Part shown: positions 1 to 14,480 of the stretch, piece after piece
How positions within the stretch are numbered: the stretch's first letter is position 1
Layout of the letters: every line of letters starts with the position of its first letter
NCBI GenBank assembly: GCA_951406725.2
Contig: OX597824.1
Coordinates: forward strand, 806,001 to 870,000
Reading direction: 5' to 3'
Origin: Octopus vulgaris
Lineage: Eukaryota
DNA: 64,000 bases
Translations under genes and position numbers: made by a program
Notes under the pieces: generated by a model
The model's input: only the letters and a program-made list of their open reading frames with translations
Databases searched by the model: none
Told to the model about the DNA's origin: nothing

Positions 1-728
1 GAAGCTGAAATGACCATCGTGGGCCACGAAGCTATTCTGGAGCTGTGATTTGTTGTGGAGTCGAAAATAAAATAGTCGAACTGATGACGTTGCCGAGAAA
101 GCGCATCTGCTAGAGGTGTGGGATTAAGGGCCAGATCAGCCCTTTCTACTGAGAAGAAATTACGAATCAGAAAAGGAGAGAACAATAAGGAACACTAAGA
201 AAACAACAGGCCAAAGGAGCTGGTATTTTCAAAGTGCCACCGATTGAGGCTTAGGAAATAGCAGAAAAGAGCGCCCCCACCATTGGTCTGGGAAGCCGAA
301 AATCAGCAGCCTCCATCCCCCAGCCATAATCAGCAGTTATAATCCATAATTTTACGACGGTTACGAAGTGATGGTCAAGGAAGAGAGGTGGCAGATTATA
401 GAAGGAAAGAATAAAAGAATAAAAGAATAAAACAGAATTCTCTTAAAGAAAAGTGCATCACACGAGAAGGTGAGTAGAATGGAGGATAGAAATTTGAGGG
501 TTGTAATTGCTTGAAAGACAAGTGTTGTCCTCAAGGGGTTTATGGGAGGGATAAAGTTAATTTCATGAATTAAGACGGCGTTCTAATTGAAGAGACGGAT
601 ATAGAACCGAATGAGTTTGGTAACCACTCAGACGATTGAGAGGGGTGAGAGAGATGGGAAGAGAGTGAGACAGAGAGAGAAAATGAGAGGGAGAGAGCGA
701 GGGGTGAGAGAGATGGGGAGAGAGAGAA

Positions 729-759
<31 letters not shown>

Positions 760-1508
760 AAGACAGAGAGAGAGAAAGAAAGAAAGAGAATGAGAGAGAG
801 AGAAAGAGAGAGTAAGTAAAACTGCACGAGCGAGATCGATAGTAAAAAAAACATTAAATCAGGAAGTTGAGCCAAATTAGGAATTCTATCCTGAAAATGA
901 AAGAAAAGAATGCAGGGAGCTTCTTAGAAGGCGAAGAGAGAATCGCTTTCTTTTAAATTCCTTATACTTCGGGTGTATCTCGGCATTCTTTCTTCACTTC
1001 TATACTTATCTCACAATACTTCGAGCAAGCTAAACACTCTTCTATTGTTGAATGTATCCAGTTCTGTTCTTTATTTGTTTCGATATTGTAGAAAGTAAAA
1101 GAAAGGGATGAGGTTACCAAGTACAGTCGTACTTTCTAGAATCGCAATCAATACAGGACAGAGAGAAAAAAACCCACAAAAACATTCATGTAACTCGATA
1201 TAAAAGTTTCATATAAGAACCCCAAGGATTCTTAATAATTTTTCATTATTATTACGTCTAATTATTTTGACAGAATGATGCGGAAAATGTACAAAAGAAA
1301 AAAAAAAATGAATAGTAAAAGAATTTTTAGTTGTAAAGTAGAAAAAGGAACACAGGTATAATGAGTTCGTAGAATATTTCTTGAACGAAGTGCGAAGATA
1401 AAAATATAAACATGCAATAGAAAATGTTGATGGGGAAAAAGTTAATCAGGGCTTTCTTCTTTATATATTAATATTACACATGCGCACTATACAGTCTCTC
1501 TCTCCCTG

Positions 1509-1572
<64 letters not shown>

Positions 1573-1892
1573 TATATGCATACATATACATGCATACATA
1601 TATACACAGAAAGACACACGCATACATACACATATATAAACCCATTTCATTGTACTTCGGGAGGTTCTTATTGAACAAGCAAAACAAAACAACATATGTA
1701 CGGGTTGTAGCTCACTTCAGTTTTAGGAATGCTCTTAACTAATTTGTCAGCCATGTTTTTTTTCATTACACGTGACCTTTTAATAATGAGACTTGGCAGT
1801 GTAACGCTATCTAAGTACATAAATATCGTTTTTAGTACACGGTTTCAAAACTAAAAAAAAATCCTTGCATAACATATTCTGAAACGATATAT

Positions 1893-1969
<77 letters not shown>

Positions 1970-2263
1970 TATATTCTACACATATACATATATATGTATG
2001 TATGCATGTATATGTATGTATATGTATGTATGTGTGTATGTATATATATATATGTATACATACATATACATACAAACATTCATACATATATAAAATGATA
2101 TTTAATAATCTACGCACATATAATATTCATTATGCTCCTGCATACACCTAAGCAATCATACATATATGTGTGTGTGTGTAAGCGTGTGTAATTATACATG
2201 TATATATATATAAAGTATACACGCACACATTTGTGCACATACACACACACATACACACGCGCG

Positions 2264-2299
<36 letters not shown>

Positions 2300-2589
2300 T
2301 CTATATGTATGTATACATCCTCGTGTGGAAGCATATACAGGCACTGAAGCACATATTACTTCACAACTTATTGATTTTATTTTCTCGTACAGAATGAATC
2401 CATGGATGTGATAACGATTTTCTTTGTTATAACTGAAATCATGATTGTTTTCAGTTATATTCAGTATTTTCCTAACAGTTTCTCATTTTACTTTACTGCG
2501 TGTACATTCATAGAAGCATACATGCATACACACATAATAAATACATACATACATACATACATACATACATACATACATACATACATACA

Positions 2590-2621
<32 letters not shown>

Positions 2622-2682
2622 CACACACTCTGTATATATATATATATATATATATAATATGATATATATACATGATATGTAC

Positions 2683-2843
2683 ATTACTCAATAGTCAAGA
2701 TAAAACTCTGAGTTTCAGATGCCGAGGTGGAAATCCACAACACCATCTCTTCGGTTATCTGGCCAGATAACCGAAAGAGATGGTGTTGTGGATTTCCACC
2801 TCGGCATCTGAAACTCAGAGTTTTATCTTGACTATTGAGTAAT
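2683..2843. repeat. Near-perfect 160-bp palindrome; each arm is a degenerate hammerhead copy of the 49480 family
   Basis: Centred on TCTGG|CCAGA (2762/2763), with one extra A in the right arm. The flank 2857-2935 matches 49372-49460 reversed. Confidence 0.9.
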
Positions 2844-3174
2844 TGTAACATATCATTTTATAGATAAATTTCCTCTATTTACATAATATTGAGGTCTCTT
2901 TCTTTCTTTTGTTATCTTACCGTTTTTACCAATATATATATATATATATGTTTGTATGTGCTCATATATATGTATGTATTCATGTATATGTATACATACA
3001 CCTCTATCTGTCATTGCATTATCTATCTATCGGCCTGTCTTTCTGTCTGTCTACCTGTCTGACTTCTGTGTGTCTGTCTATCTGTCTATATACACATTAA
3101 ATCCAGAGATAAAGGAACCCTTACATCATACATTGGAAAGTGTAAAATACACATATACGCCTATAAATATACAC

Positions 3175-3252
<78 letters not shown>

Positions 3253-3984
3253 TAAGAGTGGGAGGGGCGTGGAGATGGATTTTATTGATGTCTAGGGACA
3301 AAGCTCTGGGGAGAGGGAAAGTAATGGATTAACCGATAATCACGTAGTAAGATGCCAACCCGTGGTCATGAATCGCTAATTCTTCTGGGGATTGATGACG
3401 TAAGCAGACATTGAGAATTCCAACCGGGAATTCGAACTGTGTTGATGGCTGAACACAACAACGCCATCAAGTACAACGTTACAATTGTGTTTGTTCAGCG
3501 TTGCTCACCAACGCACCATAGGCCCTAGATTATGCACATGCCATACAAGCACTCTGGATTTTCTTTTGGAGCAGGCCTCTGCTTGTTGCTTGTCTCTTCC
3601 TTTGACATTTATATTGTATCTGCCTCCCTCAGGCCGTTGACGGTCCTCTACGTAGACTTAATCCTTTCCCACTGGAACAGCTCTGCCTGTGTTCCTTCTT
3701 CGGCTCTTAGTTGTTCGAGACGAACATGAAACGTAACGATCTCATCGGTTAGACATGGCCGGATGGGCGAACGCCATCGGTCAGTCCTTTGCGTGAGCCG
3801 ACAGCATAAATACCAAATACATGTGAACGATTGGTCAAGAAGTTCGCTTCACAGAAGCGTGGTTTCAAGTTCAATCCCACTGTGGGGAACGCTGAGCTTG
3901 TATCTTATACTACAGCCCTCATTCGCCTGGCCAGTGCCTTGCGAGTGAACATCGGAGACGAATTCTATGATGAAGCCCGTCGTG

Positions 3985-4052
<68 letters not shown>

Positions 4053-4067
4053 CATACATACATGTTT

Positions 4068-4525
4068 ATTTTTATTCGCGCATGCATATTCTTTTATTTG
4101 TTTCACTAATGTGACTGCGGCCATACTGGAGCACCATCTTAAGGGGTTTATTCGAACAAATCGAGCGCAGGACTTATTCTTTGTAAACCTAGTAGTTATT
4201 CTATCGTTACCTTTTGTCGAACCGCTAAATTACGGGGAAGTAAAGGCACCAACATCGGTTGTCAAACGATGTTGGGGAGAGAAACACACACGCACACACA
4301 CACACACCCACACTCACACATACACACACACGCACACACACACACGCACACACACACATATATATGATTGGCTTCTTTCAGCTTCTGTCTACCAAATTCA
4401 CTCACAAGGCTTTGGTTAAACCGAGGCTATAGAAGACACTTGCCCAAGGTGGCACGCAGTGGGACTGAACCCGGGACCCTGTGATTGGGAAGCAAATTTC
4501 TTACCACACAACGACACCCACGCCT
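4068..4525 (-). mobile_element. tRNA-derived SINE with internal (CA/TA)n and LINE-derived 3' tail
   Basis: Head GTGTGGTAAGAAATTTGCTTCCC...GGTTCAGTCCC, CORE-like ACCTTGGGCAAGTGTCTT, tail GGTGCTCCAGTATGGCCGCAGTC. Confidence 0.85.
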
Positions 4526-7199
4526 TATATTTAACATATTGCATGTATATATGTACGCATTTATGTATGTATGTATGTATGTATGTATGTATGTATGTAT
4601 GTATGTATGTATGTATGTATGTATGTATGTATGTATGTATGTATGTATGTATGTATGTGTGTATGCACGTATGCATGTACGTACGTACGTACATACGTAT
4701 GTATGTATGTATGTATGTATGTACATGTGTATGTATGTACGTGTGTATGTATGCATTTATGTGTGTATGTATGTACATATTTATGTATGCATGTAGGTCG
4801 GTATATATGTGTGTATATACGTACGTATGTCTGTATGTAGTTATATGTATGTGCTTGTGAGAGCGTAAGCCTTTGTGTTTGTCTCCGTACGGTATGAAGT
4901 CCTTCAAATGCATTTCTGCGAGAGGTTTTCCAGGCATCCACTAAAGTCGTTACTTCTATAGTCCCGTATGGTGAAGTAGGCTCTCATCGGTGTGTGAGCA
5001 GCTGACCCCAATGCCGCCTGGTTGTCCGTTTAGTTTGCTGCGGAGATCCCTTCAGTTGCTGAGAATCTTACACACAAACACACACGCGCACACACTCAAA
5101 TGCAAACATACACACAAATATCACTGGCACACACACACACTATATTGTATACACACATTATATATATATATATATATATATACATGATCACATGACCGAC
5201 CAGACCATCAGATGTTGCTACACATCGCTGGTCACAATGCGTTCGCATTGTTTTAGCCTTCGAATGACGCCACCCCTATATATATATGTGTGTGTGTGTG
5301 TATACATACATACATACATATATAAATAAATACATACATACATGTGTGTGTGTAAATCCAGCAGTAACTGGCTATTACAGGACTAGCTCAGTTGCATATC
5401 TGGAGAATTCATCAAAAGTAGCTCTACTTGGTGTATTGAGTACTTTAAATGGGGTGTCATTATCTGCCAATGTAATCTCCAAAACTCTAGTTAAAATGCT
5501 GTATACACACATACAAACATACATTTACGTACATAGATTCATACGTAAATACATACATACGTACATACGTACACAGAAGCAAATTAGACAGATCTATATA
5601 TAAAGGATATCAAATACATGAAATACAAGAATGTCTATATGTATACGTACAAAAAGGCCCGACTTACACAGAATAAGAATGATACAGGGAATTAAAGGGC
5701 TGGAGGAAAAGCATTACAAACCCAACAGCTGTTTCTGGGGGCTCAGTAATACTTGTAGATTGATTCCATCGTCGGATGAGACGAGTCTCCGTCTTCAAGG
5801 AAGAGATCTTACATTTGAGACGTCAAAGGAGAGAAGTTCAAAGTGTATACATATGTGTATGTATGTATAAATGTATGTATGTGTGTATGTATGAACGTGT
5901 GTGTGTGTGTCTACGTCCGCATCAGCGTCTGTGTGTATGTTAGCGCATGTTCTTGTAGCCTTCTATATACTGAAGATAGCGGTTCGTCAAATAGAGGGAA
6001 TTAAACTAAGTACAAAACTGAATTACGTACTGAAGTCTATATAACCTACAAGTAAAACACATTTGCAAGCGTTGCCTCACTTCGGCTGTATTGAAACTCG
6101 TAGAATAAAAAATTAAAAGAATGTAGGAAAAGCTAAAAGAAACAAAAATCCTTATTATTCCTCTCGATATAATTGTTATTTTTGTTGTTTTTGTTACTTT
6201 ATCCACTGAAAGAACATCGAATATTGTGTTTCCTTTCGTCAACCTGTTGCCTTCAGTGTTTTCTCTCCCTGGGATTCGTTTGGAGTTTTTCCCTATTAAA
6301 CCAAGCTGTTTATCGTAGAAATTGCATAAATAATTCGATTTTGCATCGTATATAGCTATCTAGTAATCAAGAGTTCCACTAATTATGCCCAGAGCTTTAA
6401 TTTATACGAATGCGATATTAATAAACTTCATTACTTTCCCTGTTCATCATCTATATTTTGGTATTTCGAGCGATCTTAATTTCCTTCTCTTTGATGACAA
6501 CTTTTGTATCACACGAGCTGTGTATTACGACGAGCATGTGTTTGTTGCTTAGTTATTTATTCATAACATTCCATACGTGGTTCATTATTTCACTATCCAT
6601 CTATTCTTTGCCGCTCGATAAACTAAGAGAGGAAAAACCAAGCCAACTCCATCATACGATTCCATCAATGAATAGAATAAAACAAACAAAAGGCAGTAAT
6701 TGGTGTCTCTTCTGTTTCTCATTCCTTGCAACGTAAATAAAATCTATTCACAGCCTGGAAACACAATGTTTAATATCCTCTTTCATTTGTTCTTTTTTCT
6801 CCCTTTCAGTTTATTCCCACTTAATTTACCTACCGTATTATTTCGCCTGGTTGAATAAGACTTCTGCAATGCATACATGTCGATACAGCTTATGTATTAA
6901 TACCTATGACTACGCTTTTAATATTTAACTCTAAAATTCAAAACTACCTCTCATTGCCATTCGGTATTGGGCTGTCACGACATCAGCTTCTCTGCTTAAT
7001 AATATCGAAGTGTTCACATTACAACCGGTTTCTGTCCATTGACGTCTGAGTCACGTTTTATTTTCCTAATCGAAAATTGTTGTTGCGTTGTAATAGTTGT
7101 TGCTGGTGCTGTGTTGCTTTCTTCGATTTCTTCTTCTCATTGTTATTGTTCCTCATCAGACGCCCCTGTGGCAAGAGAAGCTTGGGTCTGAGGGAGAGT

Positions 7200-7785
7200 A
7201 TGGAATGACTCGGCCACTTAGAAAGATAAACGAAATGAAAACAGAATCTTCATGGAATTAGTTGGCAAAAGGTGATGTTTAGAGAGAATGAGACAGAAAG
7301 TTTGTTGGTGGCTGATCAGGATGAAACATTAAACATAAACTCGATAAGGAATAAGCATAACCCAGAGGGAACAAATACGCGTAGGATATATGGGAAGAAA
7401 GTGGAACGTGTGACACACATTGTGGGCTCCAGGGACATGGTTGCGCAGAGAGAATATAAAAGGTGTCACGATGAAGTCTGTTTGCACCTCCACTGGTTCT
7501 AATGTGAGAAATATGGGTTTTCAACCTCTGAGAAATGGTATCTGCGCAAACCAAAGAAAGCCTTAGAAAATCAGACTGAAAATTTTGTGGGATTTTATAA
7601 TCCAGACAGATAAAGTTCTTGAACATACAAGGTCAGACATAACTTTGGCAGAGAAAAGCACTGCAAAGGGGTGTTTCTTGATCGATGTAGTTTTCCCAGA
7701 AGATTCTTATATCAATGGTAAAGAAAAAGAGAAAATCGTACCAGATACAGATTTACGACTACATGTTGTGAAAAGGAGCACATAA
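7200..7785 (+). mobile_element. R4/Dong-like (RLE endonuclease) non-LTR retrotransposon 3' fragment
   Basis: ETESLLVA.QD.TLN, THIVGS..MVAQREYKRCHD.VCLHLHW, WDFIIQTDK.LEH..SDI and CFLIDV..P....GKEKEK (CCHC-RHD-PD..D-K region). Confidence 0.82.
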
Positions 7786-7799
7786 TTCAATGTTTCCTC

Positions 7800-8397
7800 A
7801 TTTGTGAGTGTGAGCTTTCTTTTGGGGTCGACGTGTGGTTGTGAGTGCTTTGGTGGATTTGGTTGGGGTGATGGTGGTGGTTGTAGAAATGGTAATGCTG
7901 GTGTGGTTTTTGCTGTATCTATGTTCGATGTGTTGGGGGCTTCTGTGTTTCCGGGTGTTGGTGCAGGTTCTTTTGTTTTCTGTTTCTTTTGTCTTTTGTT
8001 TTTTTCTTTACCTTGTGGGGTTCTTCCTCGTCTTCAATACGAGACAAGTAGTGGCTGGTGTCTCTTTGGTCTGTCTCGGGTGGTGTGGGTGTGTCTTTGA
8101 TAGTGCCAGCGTGGTTGTGTGAGTGTATGCTTGAGAGAGGGGAGATGGTTTGACATATACCCTGGGTGGTTTTCCCCATTGTATGGGATTCACGTGCCTC
8201 TGTTGTTGTTGTTGAGGGAGATGTTGCAGTTCTATCAAAAGGTCTGTGTTGTAGGGCGTGCAATGTGGGCTGCAGGTGTGGTCCCTACCTCCCAACTTTT
8301 GGGGGCAGAAGGCTCTCAGGTGGCTTGTGGCACCACATATATCGCATCTGGGCTTCTTGCCTTCCACGACCATTCGCACTTCCACCCCATTGAGCAA
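7800..8397 (-). mobile_element. Retroelement ORF1/gag-like fragment with zinc knuckle
   Basis: ORF 8008-8397 contains CDICGATSHLRAFC (CX2CX4HX4C) preceded by VVEGKKPR. Confidence 0.65.
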
Positions 8398-8398
8398 T

Positions 8399-9220
<822 letters not shown>

Positions 9221-9276
9221 GAAGAATAAATGTTTATACAGTTCTATAGTACAGTATAAACATTCATTCTTCTTTC

Positions 9277-9520
9277 TGGAGTAGTGGTTAAGAGCGCGGG
9301 CTACTAACCCCAAGATTCCGAGTTCGATTCCAGGCAATGACGTGAATAATAATAACAACAACAACAACATCGAAAAGTACCTTAGGAATGAGAACCCAGG
9401 TTCGAAATTTCCCCAAGACACCTGATGAAGGCTGGAGGATATATATCAGCCGAAACGTTGTGTTAACAACAAACAAGGTGAGGACAAATATCCGCCAAAC
9501 GTAAATAATGTAAATAATAT
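9277..9520 (+). mobile_element. PLE 3' repeat with tRNA-like segment and hammerhead motif
   Basis: Homologous to 55957-56225. A-box TGGAGTAGTGG and B-box GTTCGATTCC, then (AAT/AAC)n, then a hammerhead. Confidence 0.8.
9417..9464 (+). ncRNA. Minimal type-I hammerhead ribozyme motif
   Basis: GACAC-CUGAUGA-A-GGCUG[loop]CAGCC-GAAA-CG-UU-GUGUU. Intact core, palindromic ACGU stem III, and stem I GACAC/GUGUU. Confidence 0.8.
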
Positions 9521-10002
9521 TATGAATGTTTATATCTGTATAAATAGGAGTTTCTTCTCTTTAGTCTTTCAGACTTACTCTCACCGCCAACACGCCTCTC
9601 TCCCCTCCTTTCATCCCTCGAACATGAATTAGTGAAGAATCCAAACATAGTGATCAACAGAATGTTGGTATGAAAAGTATGGGAAACCAATTATCAAAAT
9701 CGGCTGAAATGGATCTATCATACTGTGTGTGTTTGTGACAGTTAAAGTGTAGGCTGAGAGATATTTATAAATGTGAATACACAAACGATCTTTTACGTGT
9801 AATAATATGTTGTACATATCTGCTTGTGTGGGTTGATGGTGCTGGTCAGATATCTTTTAGATAACTTTGGCTATACATTAACTGGAATAACAGAAAGTTC
9901 AGAACCCGAAGCCATATATTTACGTTCGTTTAAAATTGCTACATTGCAAGCACAAACTTCCAAGTCTAGCGTTGGTTACCCGCTCACTGATTTCAATAAC
10001 CA

Positions 10003-10088
<86 letters not shown>

Positions 10089-10106
10089 AGAGTTAGATAT
10101 AGATGC

Positions 10107-10149
<43 letters not shown>

Positions 10150-10297
10150 AAGTAAATATATGGCACAACGAAGTACCGATATTTACTGGAAATAGCGAAC
10201 GTAATAATACGACGCTAATGTATAGCTTCACCGCGTATGTATTAGCAAAAATGCGTGTGTGCAACAAACTAGAAAAAATTGTCTTACATCCAGGGAG

Positions 10298-10321
<24 letters not shown>

Positions 10322-10329
<8 letters not shown>

Positions 10330-10629
10330 ATCACGTGACCGACCAGGGCATCAGATGTTGCTACACATCACTGGTCACAATGCGCTTCGCATTGTTTTAG
10401 CCTTCAAGGACGCCACCCCGTTGGCTAAGTGAGCAGGCCAACAGAAGAAAGAGTGAGAGAAAGTTGCGGTGAAAGAATACAGCAGGGATCATCACCACTC
10501 ACTGCCGGAGGCTCGTGGACCTTTGGGTGTTTTCGCTCGATAAACACTCACAACGCCCGGTCTGGGAATCGAAACCGCGATCCTACGACCGCGAATCCGC
10601 TGCCCTAACCACTGGGCCATTGCGCCTCC
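10322..10629 (-). mobile_element. tRNA-derived SINE ending in TCACGTGATCACGTGA-(TA)n
   Basis: Head GGAGGCGCAATGGCCCAGTGGTTAGGGCAGCGG...GGTTTCGATTCCC. A tail fragment also occurs at 5183-5276. Confidence 0.88.
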
Positions 10630-10630
10630 A

Positions 10631-10705
<75 letters not shown>

Positions 10706-10803
10706 ATACATGCAGTCGTGGATATACACACAAGTAGTCTGATGAGGTCAACATCTTGTGATTTGATACACACACACACACATGCACATTACCCCCTCTC
10801 TCT

Positions 10804-10834
<31 letters not shown>

Positions 10835-11454
10835 CTCAGACACACTCATGTAGGTTCCTTTGCGTCTAATTACCACGTAAATCCCTTGCAGTAGTTTCAA
10901 GTTTTCAAACTTAATATTTTCCCAAGTGGAAATCTCAAGACGTAACGAAACTCTCACACAAACACAAATGCGTTCTTAAAGTCTGTATCTTCATATCACT
11001 TCTTCAGAGATTAATGTTATATTTGGAAAAGAAGAATGACCAATTCATTGTTGTTCTATAAACCATCGCTCTAAGACATTTCTGCGACATGAGCTGAATG
11101 CAAATTCTTGTAATGAAATTATTTTACATATCTTTTACTCTGTTTGGTAAATTCCAGTGACGAGAAAGGATAATGACATGATATTATCAAAGAATACTTG
11201 GAGAATTATATAAAGTTGGACACATCCGTGTGCACAATGTATATATATGTGTGTGTGTGTGTGTGTGCACGCATATATTTTTTTATATACACACTCATGT
11301 ATGTTTTATTAAAGATATGTTCAGTGCTAATATGTAAGTGATTAGAATGTGCCCTCGATGAATGGAAGGCTTGTATAATCCCAAGGCACCTGTCTGCCTG
11401 TATGTATGTATCTACATATGTATGTATATATGCATGCGCCCATCCATCCATCCA

Positions 11455-11529
<75 letters not shown>

Positions 11530-11623
11530 GGGAAGGTTTACGAAAATAAACAAAAGACGAAGGCAGGAGGAGTACAAATAAACAATGTATTAGTACGGCG
11601 CTCAGGAATAGAAATAAAACAAG

Positions 11624-11661
11624 TCTTTTACGTTTCGAGCCTACGCTCTTCAACAGAAAGA
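11624..11661 (-). ncRNA. Hammerhead-like motif with A6U core
   Basis: Reverse strand UCUUU-CUGUUGA-A-GAGC-GUAG-GCUC-GAAA-CG-UA-AAAGA, within the ~190-bp element 11528-11720. Confidence 0.65.
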
Positions 11662-13149
11662 TGCACAGAAAAGAAACGAGGAGAGAAAACAATTGCGTGT
11701 AGGGGCTACTAACGATCCACCTACATATTGTATCCGCTAATCTGCAGCAACAAAAATAAATATATAAAGCTAATGCTGAAAAACGAAGAGAACAGCACTG
11801 TACGAGTCAGCAGTGAGCTCCGTTGGAAATACTCTCTTCCTGATGATCTCGGGAACTTTAAAACACCTAGACTAACATACCCCAAAGACCTGCCTGTGGA
11901 ACACTGAACACATCAAAGATGTCTATACATGTGTGTGCTTCTCGAAGTTTTGAAGCTCTCACTTTTATAGTCGGTTTTGGAGACTGTTTGAATACCACTA
12001 CTTTTGTAATGGTTTTTTTCTTATTTATTTGGAAATAGATAATAAATATATTTTACTTTTGAAGTTGGAATCTTTGCTGATAGAGACGTCACTTATAACT
12101 TACTTATAAGTGTTATCATTATACATAAATCCTGACTCCAGCTATATAAACGTCATAGCGAGAAATATATACTCTGAGACGCTAACGGACATTTTATACG
12201 TGCATGTATGTTGAAGATAAATAAATTCGTGTTCTTTGAACTGCTATAGAAAAATACAGTTTCATAATTGCAGAAATAAATTTCATTAACAAGCTGAAGA
12301 ACGTGAAGAAAGAGAAAATAATTACTACATAAGTTTATTTATGTACATTTAGCATTTTATAGTACAATTGGAAAGTAAGGTCATTTCGTCGTAGAAAGTT
12401 ACGACTTAAAATTCACACTAGCTGATCCTTCATACTAACTACTGGAGTTCAAAACAATTCAAATAAGTCTTGTTGGATCTTTATCATAGACATGGCATGA
12501 AAAACAGCCAATATCTCAAGGAGTGAGTGTCATGGAGTTTAGTAACATCCAATGATCACTGAGTAATTTCCCCCAAATCAGGGTTTTTATAACTGCTCAT
12601 ATCCGAATCCTAAGAACCGTATTTCATGAAAGATTTCTTTGACGAAAGTTTAGAATTCGTATATGGGCAGTAATTCTAACCAATGGGATACCAACAATTA
12701 TGCTTGTTCGGGCAAATAACCATTACGTCATTTTGCCGCCTTTTATGACTTGCTACAACACTAATGTGAACATGAAGCGCAGCCTTTCTTGGACCCATGA
12801 CCTTTATATCTCATCACCTTTCGAAGTCTGTGCGTTTGTAAGAACAGGAAATTGCTACGAAATATCTAATCAACAAAAGAGACAGTGAAACACTTTGAAG
12901 TCTCAAGATACAACCGAAAATGTAGATTATATCAAATTTCTATGGAAGCATTATGTATGGATCAACAGCTGCGCCGAAATATTATCAAAGAAAAAAGTGA
13001 TGAATGCGGATTGTAAAAAGAAAAACTAAAACAAAAACAACAAAAACAGTCAAAGCTAAACTAACAAGAGTCTTTATAAAAAAAAAGGAAAGAAACAAAC
13101 TACATTAGTAGAAAGCGTGAAAAGCAATGATTCACTGTTTATCAGAACG

Positions 13150-14480
13150 GTTTTCTTTTCATCCTCCGAAAATCGTGGTTTTCGAAATGTTAATACAGGT
13201 AGCGATTAGTACATCTGAATGATTAACAATTAAGCTCGAATCAACCCAAAGTAATCAAAATTCAAAAATGAATTTAGATTTTTAGAAAATTGAAAATGCG
13301 AAGCAAACAAGAAATGAGAGAAATATTGATACAATTAATTATAAAGGAATGTAAATTTCAAGAATTAAGAGGAACTTTTGAAGAAGTACTGAGAATTTCA
13401 AGTGTCAGGATTCCTGGTGTAAAGAAGAATGTTCAGGATACCAGAATGAATAAAAACGTTTTGCGCAGGCGTGATAAAAGAAGAAATTTGAAACAAGAAT
13501 GGATAATGAATGTCTCACGTTGTTGAAGATAAATATAGCTGCGTACTAATAAAGATAAGAAGAATAATTGTTAAATGAAGAGAGTACTAAGAAGAGCAAT
13601 CAACAAAAGGAGAGGTAGACTACAATGTGCTGAAGCGATTAGGAAAAGGAAAAATCACTTTAGTATAGAGTCAGAGCAAGATATCTGCGAAGAAAGAGCA
13701 AGAGAAACAATTAAGGAAACGAAAATGTAATAAATAACCGATGTAGATAACATAAATACAGGCTGTTAAGTGAGAGAGGTGACTGGGTCACTGAGGTTCT
13801 TTGTAACATCTTGTAATAATGTTTTAGGTACAGAAGAAGAGCCCAGCAAATTGAAAAAAAAAAAATCAGATGTTATCCCGTTGCCAAAGAAAGGAAACAC
13901 CAGCAAGTAAACAAACATAGCAGTTTAATTAGCCATCTAACAAAGGATTTGTTATATGTTTTTCTTGACGAAATCAACAATAAAAATATTTAGTGAACCA
14001 CAATCTGTTGAGCAGATTTGTGACGTTAATATGCTATTAGGAAAATACTTGATACGCCAGTCCGACCTTTGCTACGAATTTGTTGACTTTGGAAAAGCCT
14101 TTGGCCGTGTGCAGCATGCGGAACTATCGCTTGTTACGAGAAAATACAACATCAGCCTATCACAGTGAAGCTTATGAGGTTATTATATGAATATGGTTGT
14201 AAATTCCTGCCAGAATTAGTTTCAAACAACATTTGGTATTAGGTAAAGGTGTGTTCTTTCAGGAAGCCTATTTTGTGTTTCTCTTCGTTGAATACATAAT
14301 GACGGAAAGCTTATTTCGTATTAAATGATATTCGTGTAATAGGAGGTAATGTTAGATATCTAACATCATATCTCGACAGATTTGAAATGAAAATAAGTGC
14401 TGAAAAAAGTTAAAATGGTAGCTAGTAAAAAAACAAAGAAAATAAAGTCATAGGGAATACAATTTTGGTAAGTCATCAAC
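13150..14480 (+). mobile_element. Highly decayed RTE-like LINE RT fragment
   Basis: Remnants VIPLPKKGN, SLISHLTK and EFVDFGKAFGRV, with many stops. Confidence 0.6.

Noticed and set aside
76-112. Hammerhead candidate CTGATGA...GAAA
   Set aside because: No stem I complement, and no properly placed UH triplet after stem III.
9277-9345. Functional tRNA-Ser(ACT) gene
   Set aside because: The acceptor stem is poor and the sequence recurs as part of a PLE-linked repeat.
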